Shown: positions 9,263 to 18,769 of the stretch, piece by piece
Layout: the number at the start of each line of letters is the position of its first letter
Position numbering within the stretch: position 1 is the stretch's first letter
From: an uncultured virus (IMG/VR IMGVR_UViG_3300025010_000044)
Taxonomy: Duplodnaviria; Heunggongvirae; Uroviricota; Caudoviricetes
IMG/VR virus record: IMGVR_UViG_3300025010_000044
Length of the DNA: 64,000 bases
Direction: 5' to 3' (one strand)
Position numbers and translations under genes: made by a program
Notes under the pieces: generated by a model
Told to the model about the DNA's origin: nothing
The model's input: the letters and a program-made list of their open reading frames with translations, nothing else
The model's database searches: none

Positions 9263-9679
9263 ATGAACTTAATTAATAAAATATCAAATAACAAAATGCC
9301 AAAAACAGATTTGCAGTCTTTTAGAGTTGTGAGTTATTTTGATTTTTGGCGGGAGTTAGACATGAGTTTGATACAATGTGATAATTGTGGTTGCGTGGAG
9401 AATACAGCGTGTACAATGATGACCGCTAAATGGACACCAAACGATTATGACTGGACTGGAATTGAAGATAGGAAAGGGATGAAACTTTGCTGTATTTGCC
9501 TACCCACTAAATATAGTGATGGGACGGAAGTAGAAAGAGCAGGCAAATGGCATGGCAGATTTGACAGAGTATTTTTAGAAAAAGGCAAGTGGAAAACGAA
9601 TAATGTTGGGAATCTTGAAAACATCGAAACTGGTGATACCAACTACAGTAAATATATATTAGCCAAAAAATCAAAATAA
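9263..9679 (+). CDS. Cassette ORF 2, Cys-rich hypothetical (CDNCGCVENTA; WHGRF)
   Basis: Start inside the attC-like loop, or ATG 9362 with GGGAG RBS; stop in AAATAAC. Confidence 0.6.
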   Translation: MNLINKISNNKMPKTDLQSFRVVSYFDFWRELDMSLIQCDNCGCVENTACTMMTAKWTPNDYDWTGIEDRKGMKLCCICLPTKYSDGTEVERAGKWHGRFDRVFLEKGKWKTNNVGNLENIETGDTNYSKYILAKKSK

Positions 9680-9815
9680 CGTAGTGGCAACTTAAAAGCA
9701 AAAACGAAGAAGGAATAAATTAAATGGAACAAATTAAAACAATAGCAAAACCCGAAACGATAAAAGACAGTTTTTGTCTTTTAGAATTGCGAGTTATAAA
9801 TTTTTTGGCGGGCAT

Positions 9816-10049
9816 ATGAAAGGTGTTGAAACTGGGTGGAGCGTTGAACGATATGTTTGCCCTTCGTGTAAACGGAAGGGGTTGTATTATGCTGGGAATT
9901 ATGGCGGATCAACCCCCTGGTTTTGTATGTATAGAAATTGTAAAAATAGACACCCAGACTTGCAAGATGTAATTGATGCAAACCCAATTTTATTAACTGA
10001 AAACCCCAAATGGAAACACTTTAAAAAGGTTAGCCAAAAAGATTTATAA
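9816..10049 (+). CDS. Cassette ORF 3, Zn-ribbon hypothetical
   Basis: CPSC...CMYRNC. ATGA-coupled to a 31-aa leader at 9724-9819. Confidence 0.55.
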   Translation: MKGVETGWSVERYVCPSCKRKGLYYAGNYGGSTPWFCMYRNCKNRHPDLQDVIDANPILLTENPKWKHFKKVSQKDL

Positions 10050-10099
10050 CGTAGTGGCGGCTTTGCTGATTGCGGAAACTAATTAAGAAAGGAAATATT

Positions 10100-10417
10100 A
10101 TGAAAACTAAAGAACAAATATTGTGTGACATTGTTGGGAGAATCCATGCAGAACTAAAAGATTCTGTGCGATATAACGATGCGTTGACGGCAATGGAACA
10201 ATATGCAAATCAGTTAGCAATTCAGCAAGAGCCGCGAGTTAGCCATGATTTTTGCGGACAATATGAAAAATTGATTGAGGTTTTAATAGACTTATTGTAC
10301 GAAGACCCGCACAATTGGAGTGCAAGACCTTGCCCAACTTGTAGAGTAATTACAACCATTGCGGGTAAACCGTTTGGTTGTGATAAGAAAAGAGAACTGA
10401 GCAAAAATGCTGGCTAA
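10100..10417 (+). CDS. Cassette ORF 4, hypothetical (CPTC)
   Basis: AAAGGA RBS and ATG inside the attC-like loop; stop in GGCTAAC. Confidence 0.55.
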   Translation: MKTKEQILCDIVGRIHAELKDSVRYNDALTAMEQYANQLAIQQEPRVSHDFCGQYEKLIEVLIDLLYEDPHNWSARPCPTCRVITTIAGKPFGCDKKRELSKNAG

Positions 10418-10446
10418 CTAATACTTAACCCGCAAGGAGAAAAAGA

Positions 10447-10719
10447 TTGGAATTTACTCGTTATTACGGTAAACATAAGAGGCAAAACGATTGCGTAATA
10501 CAAACTTCTGTATTACAAGAAAAAGGTAAAACTTTACAAATTAGAATTGATTCTGAACTTAACAACGTTCTTGAATCTTTAGCTAAAGAGTTAAACCAAA
10601 ATCCATCTAAAGTTGCAAGAGATATTTTAGAAGATTTTTTCTTAACAAAAAAATTATTGGAACAAAAAGAAGATGTTGAAGATTTTCTTAATCGGACAGA
10701 AAGTAAAAAAGATAACTAA
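10447..10719 (+). CDS. Ribbon-helix-helix DNA-binding protein
   Basis: TLQIRIDSELNNVLESLAKELNQNPSKVARDIL. Confidence 0.65.
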   Translation: MEFTRYYGKHKRQNDCVIQTSVLQEKGKTLQIRIDSELNNVLESLAKELNQNPSKVARDILEDFFLTKKLLEQKEDVEDFLNRTESKKDN

Positions 10720-12342
10720 ATGCCAAGATCATTAATTCCTTGGGAATATCCGCTGCGTGATTGGCAGCAGGACGCCAACGAAATAGTAATACGAAAAGTG
10801 AAAGCCAAAGAGCAGGATGCTTTGCTTGTAGCAACGCCGGCATCCGGTAAAACCCGAACGGCTTTGCGGTTTGCACACAAACTCTATTTTATGCACTACA
10901 TAAAAAGAATTGTTGCGGTGGTTCCAACAGAGCACTTAAAAAAGCAATGGGCTGAAGACGCGCATCTTTACGGAATTGATCTTGACCCAATGGTGGAGAA
11001 CCGTATTGGAAAAGAAGGAAGCGACTACCACGGAGTTGTGCTTACCTATGCGCAACTTGGTATGGACGCGGATATTCATAAACATTTTACTGATAGCACA
11101 AGTACCTTGGTAATATTGGATGAAATCCATCATGCGGGGGAAAGTAAAACATGGGGAGATGCACTAAGAACGGCTTTTGAGAATGCTTTTTTTAGATTAG
11201 CATTAAGTGGAACGCCATTTAGAAGAGATAATAATCCTATCCCTTTTGTGAAATATGTAAATGATGTTAGTGTTTCGGATTATGTTTATTCCTACCAGCA
11301 AGCAGTTGAGGATAATGTTTGCAGGGCGATATACTTTCCAGCTTATGATGGAATAATGACTTGGCAGACGGACGGAGTGACTTATAAGCATAATTTTGAA
11401 GAGCAGATCAATCAGGCAAGAGAAAGTGAAAGATTAAGAACCGCATTAGATCCGTTCGGTGAGTTTATGAAGCAATTCTTTCTTGACGCTGATAAAAAAT
11501 TAAATGAAATAAGGAGAGGCAGTCACCCGGATGCGGGAGGATTGGTCTTGGCGATCGATCAAGAGCATGCGGCGAGAATTAAGAAGATGATATTCGAACT
11601 TATCGGCGAATCTCCGGTAATAGCGGTGAGTGACGATAAGAATGCGAGCAAACATATTAAGGAGTACAAGCGAAGAAAAGATAAATGGTTGATTAGCGTT
11701 AAAATGGTTTCGGAAGGGGTTGACATCCCTCGTTTGCGTGTTGGGGTTTATGCAACAAATGTAGAGAGCGAATTATTCTTCAGACAGGTTACGGGAAGGT
11801 TTATAAGAGTATTGGCACATCTTAAAAGTCAGGACGCATATTTGTACATTCCTAAGCGGCACGAGCTGGTAAGATTTGCCAGAGAAATTGAACAGGAAAG
11901 AGATCATGCGCTTAATACTGCCAAAGAGAAATATGATAAAGATTTGTTCGGAAAAGAAATTGAACCGAGAGAGAAGGAGCAAAAGGATTTCAAAGTAATT
12001 TCAGCAGAAGTAACCGGCACGATGGAGATAAAAACAAATTTTACGGATAAGATTTCCACAATGTTTGGTTTGCCAAAAGCAAAAGCAGCGCAGATAGCAC
12101 AGAGCGTAGTACAGCAGCCCACTGAAGTGGAGATACCGGTATTTGAGAAGATAAAGACGCTTAGGAAAGAGATAAATGATTTAGCTATGGTTTATGCAAA
12201 GAATAGAGGAAACGGCACCGTGGATTGGCAAATAGGGCATAAGGACTGGATTAAAATAGGGGGAAGGAGTATTGAGCTTGAAACTTATCCGGAGTTAATG
12301 CGGAGGCGCAGATGGCTACAAAATAATTTGCATAAAAGTTAA
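10720..12342 (+). CDS. SF2 DEAD/DEAH-box helicase (ResIII-like)
   Basis: LRDWQ, ATPASGKT, DEIHH, SGTP, MVSEGVDIP, QVTGR. Confidence 0.9.
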   Translation: MPRSLIPWEYPLRDWQQDANEIVIRKVKAKEQDALLVATPASGKTRTALRFAHKLYFMHYIKRIVAVVPTEHLKKQWAEDAHLYGIDLDPMVENRIGKEGSDYHGVVLTYAQLGMDADIHKHFTDSTSTLVILDEIHHAGESKTWGDALRTAFENAFFRLALSGTPFRRDNNPIPFVKYVNDVSVSDYVYSYQQAVEDNVCRAIYFPAYDGIMTWQTDGVTYKHNFEEQINQARESERLRTALDPFGEFMKQFFLDADKKLNEIRRGSHPDAGGLVLAIDQEHAARIKKMIFELIGESPVIAVSDDKNASKHIKEYKRRKDKWLISVKMVSEGVDIPRLRVGVYATNVESELFFRQVTGRFIRVLAHLKSQDAYLYIPKRHELVRFAREIEQERDHALNTAKEKYDKDLFGKEIEPREKEQKDFKVISAEVTGTMEIKTNFTDKISTMFGLPKAKAAQIAQSVVQQPTEVEIPVFEKIKTLRKEINDLAMVYAKNRGNGTVDWQIGHKDWIKIGGRSIELETYPELMRRRRWLQNNLHKS

Positions 12343-12499
12343 TGTATGTATTGTTTTATAAAATAACATTTTTTAAGTTTGAGACAGAGATTGAGCAAAA
12401 TAAAAATTTTTCCCAACGGCAGTTTGACTTCCCTCGCATTAAAGCTCAATCTCTTAATGTGCAAACTGCCGTTCATTTTTATTTCAAAGGAGTTCTAAG

Positions 12500-15244
12500 A
12501 TGAGATTACTTTCATTAAAATTACGCGGTGCCATTGGCATACGGAAAAAATTAGGTTTAGAAGAAATTGAAATTGATTTTAGCCAATTTGGACCGGGATT
12601 AATAGCCATAACCGGAGACAACGGCTACGGCAAAACAACGATCATAGACAATTCACAACCATACAGAGAACTCCCCAGCAAACCAGGAACGTTAGAAGAA
12701 CACTTCGAATTAAAAAACTCATACCGAATACTAAAATTTTCATTTGATGAAAACATCTACGAATCAAAACTAATGATTGACGCGCTTACCGGAAAAAGTG
12801 AAGTTTACCTATACAAAGATGGAATAGCCTTGAACGATGGACTGAAAGGAAGTTACGATAGAGAAGTGACTAAACTTTTCGGTTCACAAAAATTATTTTT
12901 TACTTCTGTTTTTGCAGCGCAGGCAAGCAAGGGAATATTTTCTTTACAAGAAGGAGACTTGCGCAAATTATTTTATGAAATCCTTGGCATAAACGAATAC
13001 AGCCCGCGCGAAGAAAATGCAAAAAAGTATCTTCAAAAAGAGCAAAATAAATTAGAAGTTTTGGAACGTGAACTAAAAACCCTTACTGAAGAAAAAACAG
13101 AGTGCAATACTTCAAAAGAGGATATCGAAAAGAAGATTTATGAGCGGGAAGAAACAACTTCATCTAAAAAAGATACCGAAGCGAAAATAAAGTTGGTTAG
13201 GGAGGAAATAGAGAACTGCAATATTCGCATAGCAGAACTTAATCTTAAAATTGAGCAGCAGGAAGAAATTACTGTAAAGATAAATGAACTTGTGGAAGAT
13301 GTTGAATTCCTTGACGAGAAAAAAGAACTTGAACTTCAAGAGATTGAAGGACAGAAAACGGCGGAGATAAACACATTCAACACTTCGAACGAATTTGATA
13401 AACACATTAAGGAACTTGACACAAAGAAGAACTATCTTAATGAAGAAGCAGAGAAAGAGAAAACGGGAATCACTCAGCAGAATTTTGATTATGAAGAAGA
13501 AATTAAAAATAATGAAATTCAAAAAATATATTTTGAGACGAAGATAACCCGGAGTAAGACGATACTCGGGAACCGGGGAACGATAGCGTTAAATCTTGAC
13601 GAAAAGAAAAAACGGAGCGAAGAAGCCGCAGAATTGCTTGCAAAAGAGAAAGAACATCTTTTAGAAATAGGAAAATTGCAAGAGAGGAAAGAAGGGGAAG
13701 AAAAACTTTTACAAGTTTTGCGCGAAAGTTACGCAAATACGGATAAAGTCAAATCTCAGAAAGATCATCAACTTACTACGGTAAATGAGTTAATTGCATC
13801 TTTAGAGGAATTAAAAAAAACCGGATTAGACCGGTTAAAGGAAGAAATCTCAACAATTGATAAAGTGCCATGCAGCGAAGTTGTAGGACGGGGTTGTATG
13901 TTCCTTACAAGAGCGATGGAAAGCAAGGATACGCTGAAAGATGTTGAGAATGATTATGATGCTAAAATAGTCGGTAAGGAAGAAGAGCGCGATGCAATAT
14001 TTTGGGAAATTGAAAACACTGAAAAGTTTTTGGATGAGGCTGATGAGGAAATAAAAGCCAAAGAGAAAGAGATCAAAGAGAATTTTACCGATCAAATAGC
14101 ATTGATAAATGAAGACGTGAACGTATTGCGTGTGAAAATAAAGGAAGTTGCGGGAAAGTTAGCCGAACTTGCAAAAACCAATTGGGAAGCGCTTGATAAA
14201 GAACTTGCTGAAGCAGAAAAGAACGCCGAGTTATGGGAAAGTGAAATTAAGAACATTAATCAGACAAGTGAAGATAAACGCAACAATATTAAGCATTTGC
14301 AAGAAAGAGTTGTTAACATACAAGAAAGGCTAACAAATAACTTACAAGATGTTGAAAATCAAATACTTACCTATAAACAGTTATTGGAAAAAGAAAAGGG
14401 TACGATCTTAAATTTCTTTTTGGAGAAGAGAAATAGCACGGCGGCTAAGTATGATGAGAAGAAAGAAAATTTGAATAAAGATTTAGCTGCAAACAAATTA
14501 AAACTTGATGAGACGCTAAAACCGGCGAAGATACATTGCGAACTAACTTTACGGGCAAAAAGGGAAGAACTTGAAGAAGCGGAAATTTTACTTAAAGAAT
14601 CGGATAAAAAAATAAACGATCTCCAAATAGAGGTTGTTGAACTTAATGAAAAATTGGTGAGAAAGCAGTTTTTGGAAGATCAGATAAACAGCAAGAATGG
14701 GGAAAGATTGTTTATTGAGGAGGAAATAAAGCAATGGGGGATTATAAGAGAAAGTATGTCAAAGACTGGAATTCCGGTTCTTAAGTTGGAAATCTCCGGT
14801 TCTGAAATATCGAGGTTAACAAATGAATCTTTGAGCCACTACGAAAACAAATTTCGAATAGTTTTTGAAACCACAACTTTTACCAAGGATAAGAAAAAGC
14901 AGATAGAAGTTTTCAAAATAAAAGTTTTGGATGAAGATGGAATTTGTAACATCATGTACAAAAGCGGCGGGGAGAAAGTTGAAGTTGAAACGGCACTACA
15001 ACTTGCAATTGCTCATTTTAAGAGGACACAGGGAGCAATAAAAGCCGATACAGGCTATTTGGATGAGAGCGATGGACCATTGAGTTTAAAAAATGCACAA
15101 CGTTATTTTAAGGTGATTGAAGAAGCGCATAAACGAAGCGGGGTTTACAATACGATAGTTATAACTCACCGCCCGGAGTTGATAGAACAAATTAACCAAC
15201 GAATTGAGCTGTATGATGGATATTTTGAGATAATTAGGAATTAG
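12500..15244 (+). CDS. sbcC: Rad50/SbcC-like SMC ATPase
   Basis: GDNGYGKT, long coiled coils, hook-like C...C, SGGE, LDE, ITH. Confidence 0.9.
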   Translation: MRLLSLKLRGAIGIRKKLGLEEIEIDFSQFGPGLIAITGDNGYGKTTIIDNSQPYRELPSKPGTLEEHFELKNSYRILKFSFDENIYESKLMIDALTGKSEVYLYKDGIALNDGLKGSYDREVTKLFGSQKLFFTSVFAAQASKGIFSLQEGDLRKLFYEILGINEYSPREENAKKYLQKEQNKLEVLERELKTLTEEKTECNTSKEDIEKKIYEREETTSSKKDTEAKIKLVREEIENCNIRIAELNLKIEQQEEITVKINELVEDVEFLDEKKELELQEIEGQKTAEINTFNTSNEFDKHIKELDTKKNYLNEEAEKEKTGITQQNFDYEEEIKNNEIQKIYFETKITRSKTILGNRGTIALNLDEKKKRSEEAAELLAKEKEHLLEIGKLQERKEGEEKLLQVLRESYANTDKVKSQKDHQLTTVNELIASLEELKKTGLDRLKEEISTIDKVPCSEVVGRGCMFLTRAMESKDTLKDVENDYDAKIVGKEEERDAIFWEIENTEKFLDEADEEIKAKEKEIKENFTDQIALINEDVNVLRVKIKEVAGKLAELAKTNWEALDKELAEAEKNAELWESEIKNINQTSEDKRNNIKHLQERVVNIQERLTNNLQDVENQILTYKQLLEKEKGTILNFFLEKRNSTAAKYDEKKENLNKDLAANKLKLDETLKPAKIHCELTLRAKREELEEAEILLKESDKKINDLQIEVVELNEKLVRKQFLEDQINSKNGERLFIEEEIKQWGIIRESMSKTGIPVLKLEISGSEISRLTNESLSHYENKFRIVFETTTFTKDKKKQIEVFKIKVLDEDGICNIMYKSGGEKVEVETALQLAIAHFKRTQGAIKADTGYLDESDGPLSLKNAQRYFKVIEEAHKRSGVYNTIVITHRPELIEQINQRIELYDGYFEIIRN

Positions 15245-15427
15245 AAAGTTGAGAATTAGGAATAAAATTGGAATAAAAAAGAGCACGAATTACAACGAGC
15301 GACTTAAAAATACAATGATATTTGCTAACGCATCGTTTAATGGTGAAGTAAAACTTTTGCACGAAGTCAACAACAATAAAACAGTAGCAGTATATGTACC
15401 AAAAGATTATTCAGAAGGGGATAAGAA

Positions 15428-15616
15428 ATGAAAAAGTCTTTTTGTGGACACAGTAATCTAAGATTTGTTTTGCTAGGAACGTGTACTTTTTATGGACAAA
15501 GAAAAAGTAAAATATGGGAATGCATGGATTGTGGAACAAAAATAGTATTACATAGAAAGTCTTATATCTTAAAAAAGGGGATAGTTTACCCAGAATTCGC
15601 AAAGGAAACTAAATGA
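15428..15616 (+). CDS. Small Zn-ribbon protein
   Basis: CGH...WECMDCG. Confidence 0.45.
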   Translation: MKKSFCGHSNLRFVLLGTCTFYGQRKSKIWECMDCGTKIVLHRKSYILKKGIVYPEFAKETK

Positions 15617-16230
15617 AAGAACATCCAATATTATTTAGCGGCGAAATGGTGAAAGCGATTTTAGAAGGGAGAAAAACGCAGACGCGAAGAATTGTTAAAC
15701 CGCAGCCGGATGAGAATGGAATAACGTTTATGAAAAATTCACCGGTGTTGGATTGGGATCAAATTTACAAAGAAGAATGGAAACCTTTTCAATACGATAC
15801 TTGGGAAGGAGAAAGTAAATCCGTCTTTTGTCCTTACGGCAAAGCCGGTGATCAGCTTTGGGTAAGGGAAACTTTCGGGAAAGATTTTTTCGGTAAAATT
15901 TATTACAAGGCTGATGATTTGTTTGTGCCGGTTGGTGCAAAAGCAAAATGGAAACCGTCTATTTTTATGCCTCGAAATGCTTCACGGATACAGCTTGAAA
16001 TAGTTAATATACGAGTTGAGAGATTAGATAACATTAGCGAAGAAGATGCAAAAGCGGAAGGGATTGAAGGAATAGACGGGAAATATCTGGATTACAGTAA
16101 CACCAAAAGCAAGCAATATTGCTTAAGCGCATTTAGCAGTTATGAAGAGTTGTGGATAAAGATTAACGGAAAAGAATCTTGGGAGAAGAATCCTTGGGTT
16201 TGGAAAATAGAATTTAAAAGAATTAACTAA
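15613..16230 (+). CDS. ASCH/PUA-like phage protein
   Basis: PILFSGEMVKAILEGRKTQTRR, WKPSIFMPR, NPWVW. Confidence 0.8.
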   Translation: MKEHPILFSGEMVKAILEGRKTQTRRIVKPQPDENGITFMKNSPVLDWDQIYKEEWKPFQYDTWEGESKSVFCPYGKAGDQLWVRETFGKDFFGKIYYKADDLFVPVGAKAKWKPSIFMPRNASRIQLEIVNIRVERLDNISEEDAKAEGIEGIDGKYLDYSNTKSKQYCLSAFSSYEELWIKINGKESWEKNPWVWKIEFKRIN

Positions 16231-16242
16231 AGTGGTGACAAA

Positions 16243-16416
16243 ATGGATTTACGGAAGAAATTTATCGAAGACAATTTGAAGAAAGCCGAAATAAAGAAGG
16301 GTTTAACAGAATGGGAAAAGCAGTTGATAGCATCGGTAAAGGAGGATTTGAAGGAAAACCGTTTCGTTCCCCAGTGGAAGTATAACCATTTAGAAATATT
16401 AGCAGAAAGTAAATAA
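16243..16416 (+). CDS. Hypothetical protein (57 aa)
   Basis: MDLRKKFIEDNLKK...LAESK*. Fills the intergenic gap; translated by hand. Confidence 0.5.
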   Translation: MDLRKKFIEDNLKKAEIKKGLTEWEKQLIASVKEDLKENRFVPQWKYNHLEILAESK

Positions 16417-16425
16417 AGGAGCAGT

Positions 16426-17310
16426 ATGGCAGACACAAAAATACAATGGACTGACAAAGTTTGGAACCCGGTTACGGGATGCGCGAAGGTTTCGCAAGGG
16501 TGCAAAAATTGTTATGCTGAAACCATTGCGAAAAGGTTTTGGGGAGAAAGGAAATTTACCGATGTACAATGCCACGAAGAGAGATTAACACAGCCTTTGC
16601 ATTGGAAGAAACCAGCAAAGATTTTTGTTAATTCTATGAGTGATCTGTTTCACGAAAGTGTGTCGTTTGATTTTGTACAACAAGTATTTGAGATAATGTT
16701 GCAATGCCCACAACATATTTTCCAAATATTAACAAAAAGAGCGGATAGAATGAATTGGTTTGTCAGACCAAGAATTCCATTATTGAAAAACCTTTGGCTT
16801 GGCGTTTCTGTAGAAAATCAACAAACGGCAAAGGAAAGGATTCCTTTATTGTTACAAACACCGGCGGCAGTTAGGTTTTTAAGCGTAGAACCGATGTTGG
16901 GAGCAATTGATCTTAACTATGAATGGGGTGCATACCAGGATGGGAATAATTCTCCAATAAGGAAACTTTGGCTACACGGAATTGATTGGGTTATTTGCGG
17001 AGGTGAGAGCGGACCAAACGCGCGACCCATGCATCCGGATTGGGTACGCAGTTTAAGAGATCAATGTAAAGCAGCAAACGTGCCTTTCTTTTTTAAGCAG
17101 TGGGGAGAATGGATACATGAAGATTTATTAGAACCGAAAATATTTTTGGAATTATTTAATAAAAAAACATCTAAAAAATATAAACAATTAACAATCCCTA
17201 ACGGATATAGTTTTGATAATTATGTATGGTATGGTAAGAAAAAAGCCGGGCGATTATTAGACGGAGTAGAACACAATGAATTTCCAAAAGAGGTAAAGAA
17301 TGAAAATTAA
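16426..17310 (+). CDS. DUF5131 / phage Gp37-Gp68 family protein
   Basis: WNPVTGC..VS.GC.NCYA, FVNSMSDLFH, GGESG, FFFKQWG. Confidence 0.9.
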   Translation: MADTKIQWTDKVWNPVTGCAKVSQGCKNCYAETIAKRFWGERKFTDVQCHEERLTQPLHWKKPAKIFVNSMSDLFHESVSFDFVQQVFEIMLQCPQHIFQILTKRADRMNWFVRPRIPLLKNLWLGVSVENQQTAKERIPLLLQTPAAVRFLSVEPMLGAIDLNYEWGAYQDGNNSPIRKLWLHGIDWVICGGESGPNARPMHPDWVRSLRDQCKAANVPFFFKQWGEWIHEDLLEPKIFLELFNKKTSKKYKQLTIPNGYSFDNYVWYGKKKAGRLLDGVEHNEFPKEVKNEN

Positions 17311-17791
17311 CGTTTCAGATGCAGTAATAGGGCATTTTTGGGAAGAGCCGCCGGAAGATAGTTGGGAGTTTTGGGCTTTTATTTGGCCGGTTAAGGCGAA
17401 AGTTGGAGACACAATTTTCTTTTATTACAACAAAAAGTTAATTGCGCAAGCGGTGATAGCAAAGATAGAGAAACCGGGTGAAAGCGAATGCGAAGGAACC
17501 GGCAATTACCGGAACCGGTGGAAGGTGTATTGGCGACAAGAGAGTTTTGTCGATATGAGGGAAATCGTTACAAATTATAAAAATTATGGTTTTGAAATAA
17601 TAAAAGATGGGGGCAAAGTAAATAAAGAATTATCAAAAAAATTTAGAAAACATTTGGAGAGAAATAAGGAGTTAATAAACGAAACGTTAGCTAATATTTT
17701 AAGTGATTATCTTTTATTCAACAAAGATACTTCAGATGAGCGTATAGCTGAAATGAAGTTGAAAATTAAAACAAATTCAAAGGAGAAATAG
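17300..17791 (+). CDS. Hypothetical protein (EVE/PUA-like N-terminus)
   Basis: Aromatic-rich, KVGDTIFFY. Confidence 0.5.
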   Translation: MKINVSDAVIGHFWEEPPEDSWEFWAFIWPVKAKVGDTIFFYYNKKLIAQAVIAKIEKPGESECEGTGNYRNRWKVYWRQESFVDMREIVTNYKNYGFEIIKDGGKVNKELSKKFRKHLERNKELINETLANILSDYLLFNKDTSDERIAEMKLKIKTNSKEK

Positions 17792-17792
17792 T

Positions 17793-18401
17793 ATGCCGTT
17801 AATTGAGGTTACGGAAAAGCAGTATGAGTTCTTAAAGAACTTGCAGAATGAAATTAACACACAGGATAATAGGACGACCGCAAAACCTTATTTCTTCCAG
17901 GTGAAAAGGACTGATAGAGTTTACGGAAAAGATTTGCAGCAAGGTGACGGGATTGCCTACATTGATCCAAACAGTGATGAGATTTACGATGAAAAACCGG
18001 AAGAACCAGAAAAGGAAACAGAAAAAGAGAAAAGCGACAAAAATCAACTTAGCCTACAACTTAATGCTGAAGAAGAAGAATTGAAATATCGAGATGGAGG
18101 ACCGGTTTGGAAAGAGAAGTTTGAAGAAGAAGACCAAGATTTTGAAGATCAAGATCAAGATCAAGATGAGGAAGAGGAGGACAAAATTGAATATGAAGAA
18201 ATTGAATACCAGGAAATAGTTAGTTACGATAATTGTTTTTTTACGGAGAAAGCATGTTTGCGGCATATTAAAGAGAATAAACATCATTATGCAGATGAAG
18301 AACCAATGCAGCTAACATATTTGAACGCAGCTTGGCGAAACCCGGAAATGGAAATGATGTTTGAATTTATTTCATCACTAAAATTTAAGGAAGGCGCTTA
18401 A
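17793..18401 (+). CDS. Phage protein with acidic low-complexity insert
   Basis: TQDNRTTA.P...FFTEKAC..HI..N.HHY...RNPEM. Confidence 0.6.
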   Translation: MPLIEVTEKQYEFLKNLQNEINTQDNRTTAKPYFFQVKRTDRVYGKDLQQGDGIAYIDPNSDEIYDEKPEEPEKETEKEKSDKNQLSLQLNAEEEELKYRDGGPVWKEKFEEEDQDFEDQDQDQDEEEEDKIEYEEIEYQEIVSYDNCFFTEKACLRHIKENKHHYADEEPMQLTYLNAAWRNPEMEMMFEFISSLKFKEGA

Positions 18402-18402
18402 A

Positions 18403-18756
18403 ATGGAAATAAAAATGGAAGAGATGAAGCCAATTGGATTTGTGGCGGCGATGAATGCAATGAGTGTTAAACTAATTAAACCAAAGAGGAAAAATATGAT
18501 TGCATGGATTATTGGGCTTTTGGAAGAAAGAAGGAAAAAGAGAGATATTCTTTTCCATTCGGCGAATGTAATTGTTGAAAAAAAGTTGACATTTACGCAG
18601 GCGGTTGATCACTTGACCTCAAGTAAGATTAAATACGGCATCGAAATACAGAACGGCGAACGGAAACTTGAACTGTACACAGGTTTAGGACGCGGTTCGT
18701 TTCTTTGGAATGATGGGGGCGCGGTGTTGGTCCATTATCAAGTAAAATTAAATTAA
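18403..18756 (+). CDS. Hypothetical protein
   Basis: In-operon ORF. Confidence 0.5.
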   Translation: MEIKMEEMKPIGFVAAMNAMSVKLIKPKRKNMIAWIIGLLEERRKKRDILFHSANVIVEKKLTFTQAVDHLTSSKIKYGIEIQNGERKLELYTGLGRGSFLWNDGGAVLVHYQVKLN

Positions 18757-18769
18757 CAAAGGCTTTATT

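Larger units (their letters stand above)
8881..10418 (-). mobile_element. Integron-like gene cassette array (attC-like sites, no integrase in window; CALIN-like)
   Basis: TAAC...GTT-bounded imperfect palindromes at 9219-9339, 9674-9799 and 10044-10244, each with unpaired T and G. Degenerate site at 8881-8977; terminal GGCTAAC at 10412. Confidence 0.7.

Noticed and set aside
8881..10418. CRISPR array (repeated ATAACGTAGT.GC)
   Set aside because: Spacing is hundreds of bp with ORFs in between, and the repeats are arms of attC-like palindromes.
18120..18200. GATCAA hexamer run
   Set aside because: In-frame low-complexity DQ/E tract; ordinary slippage.
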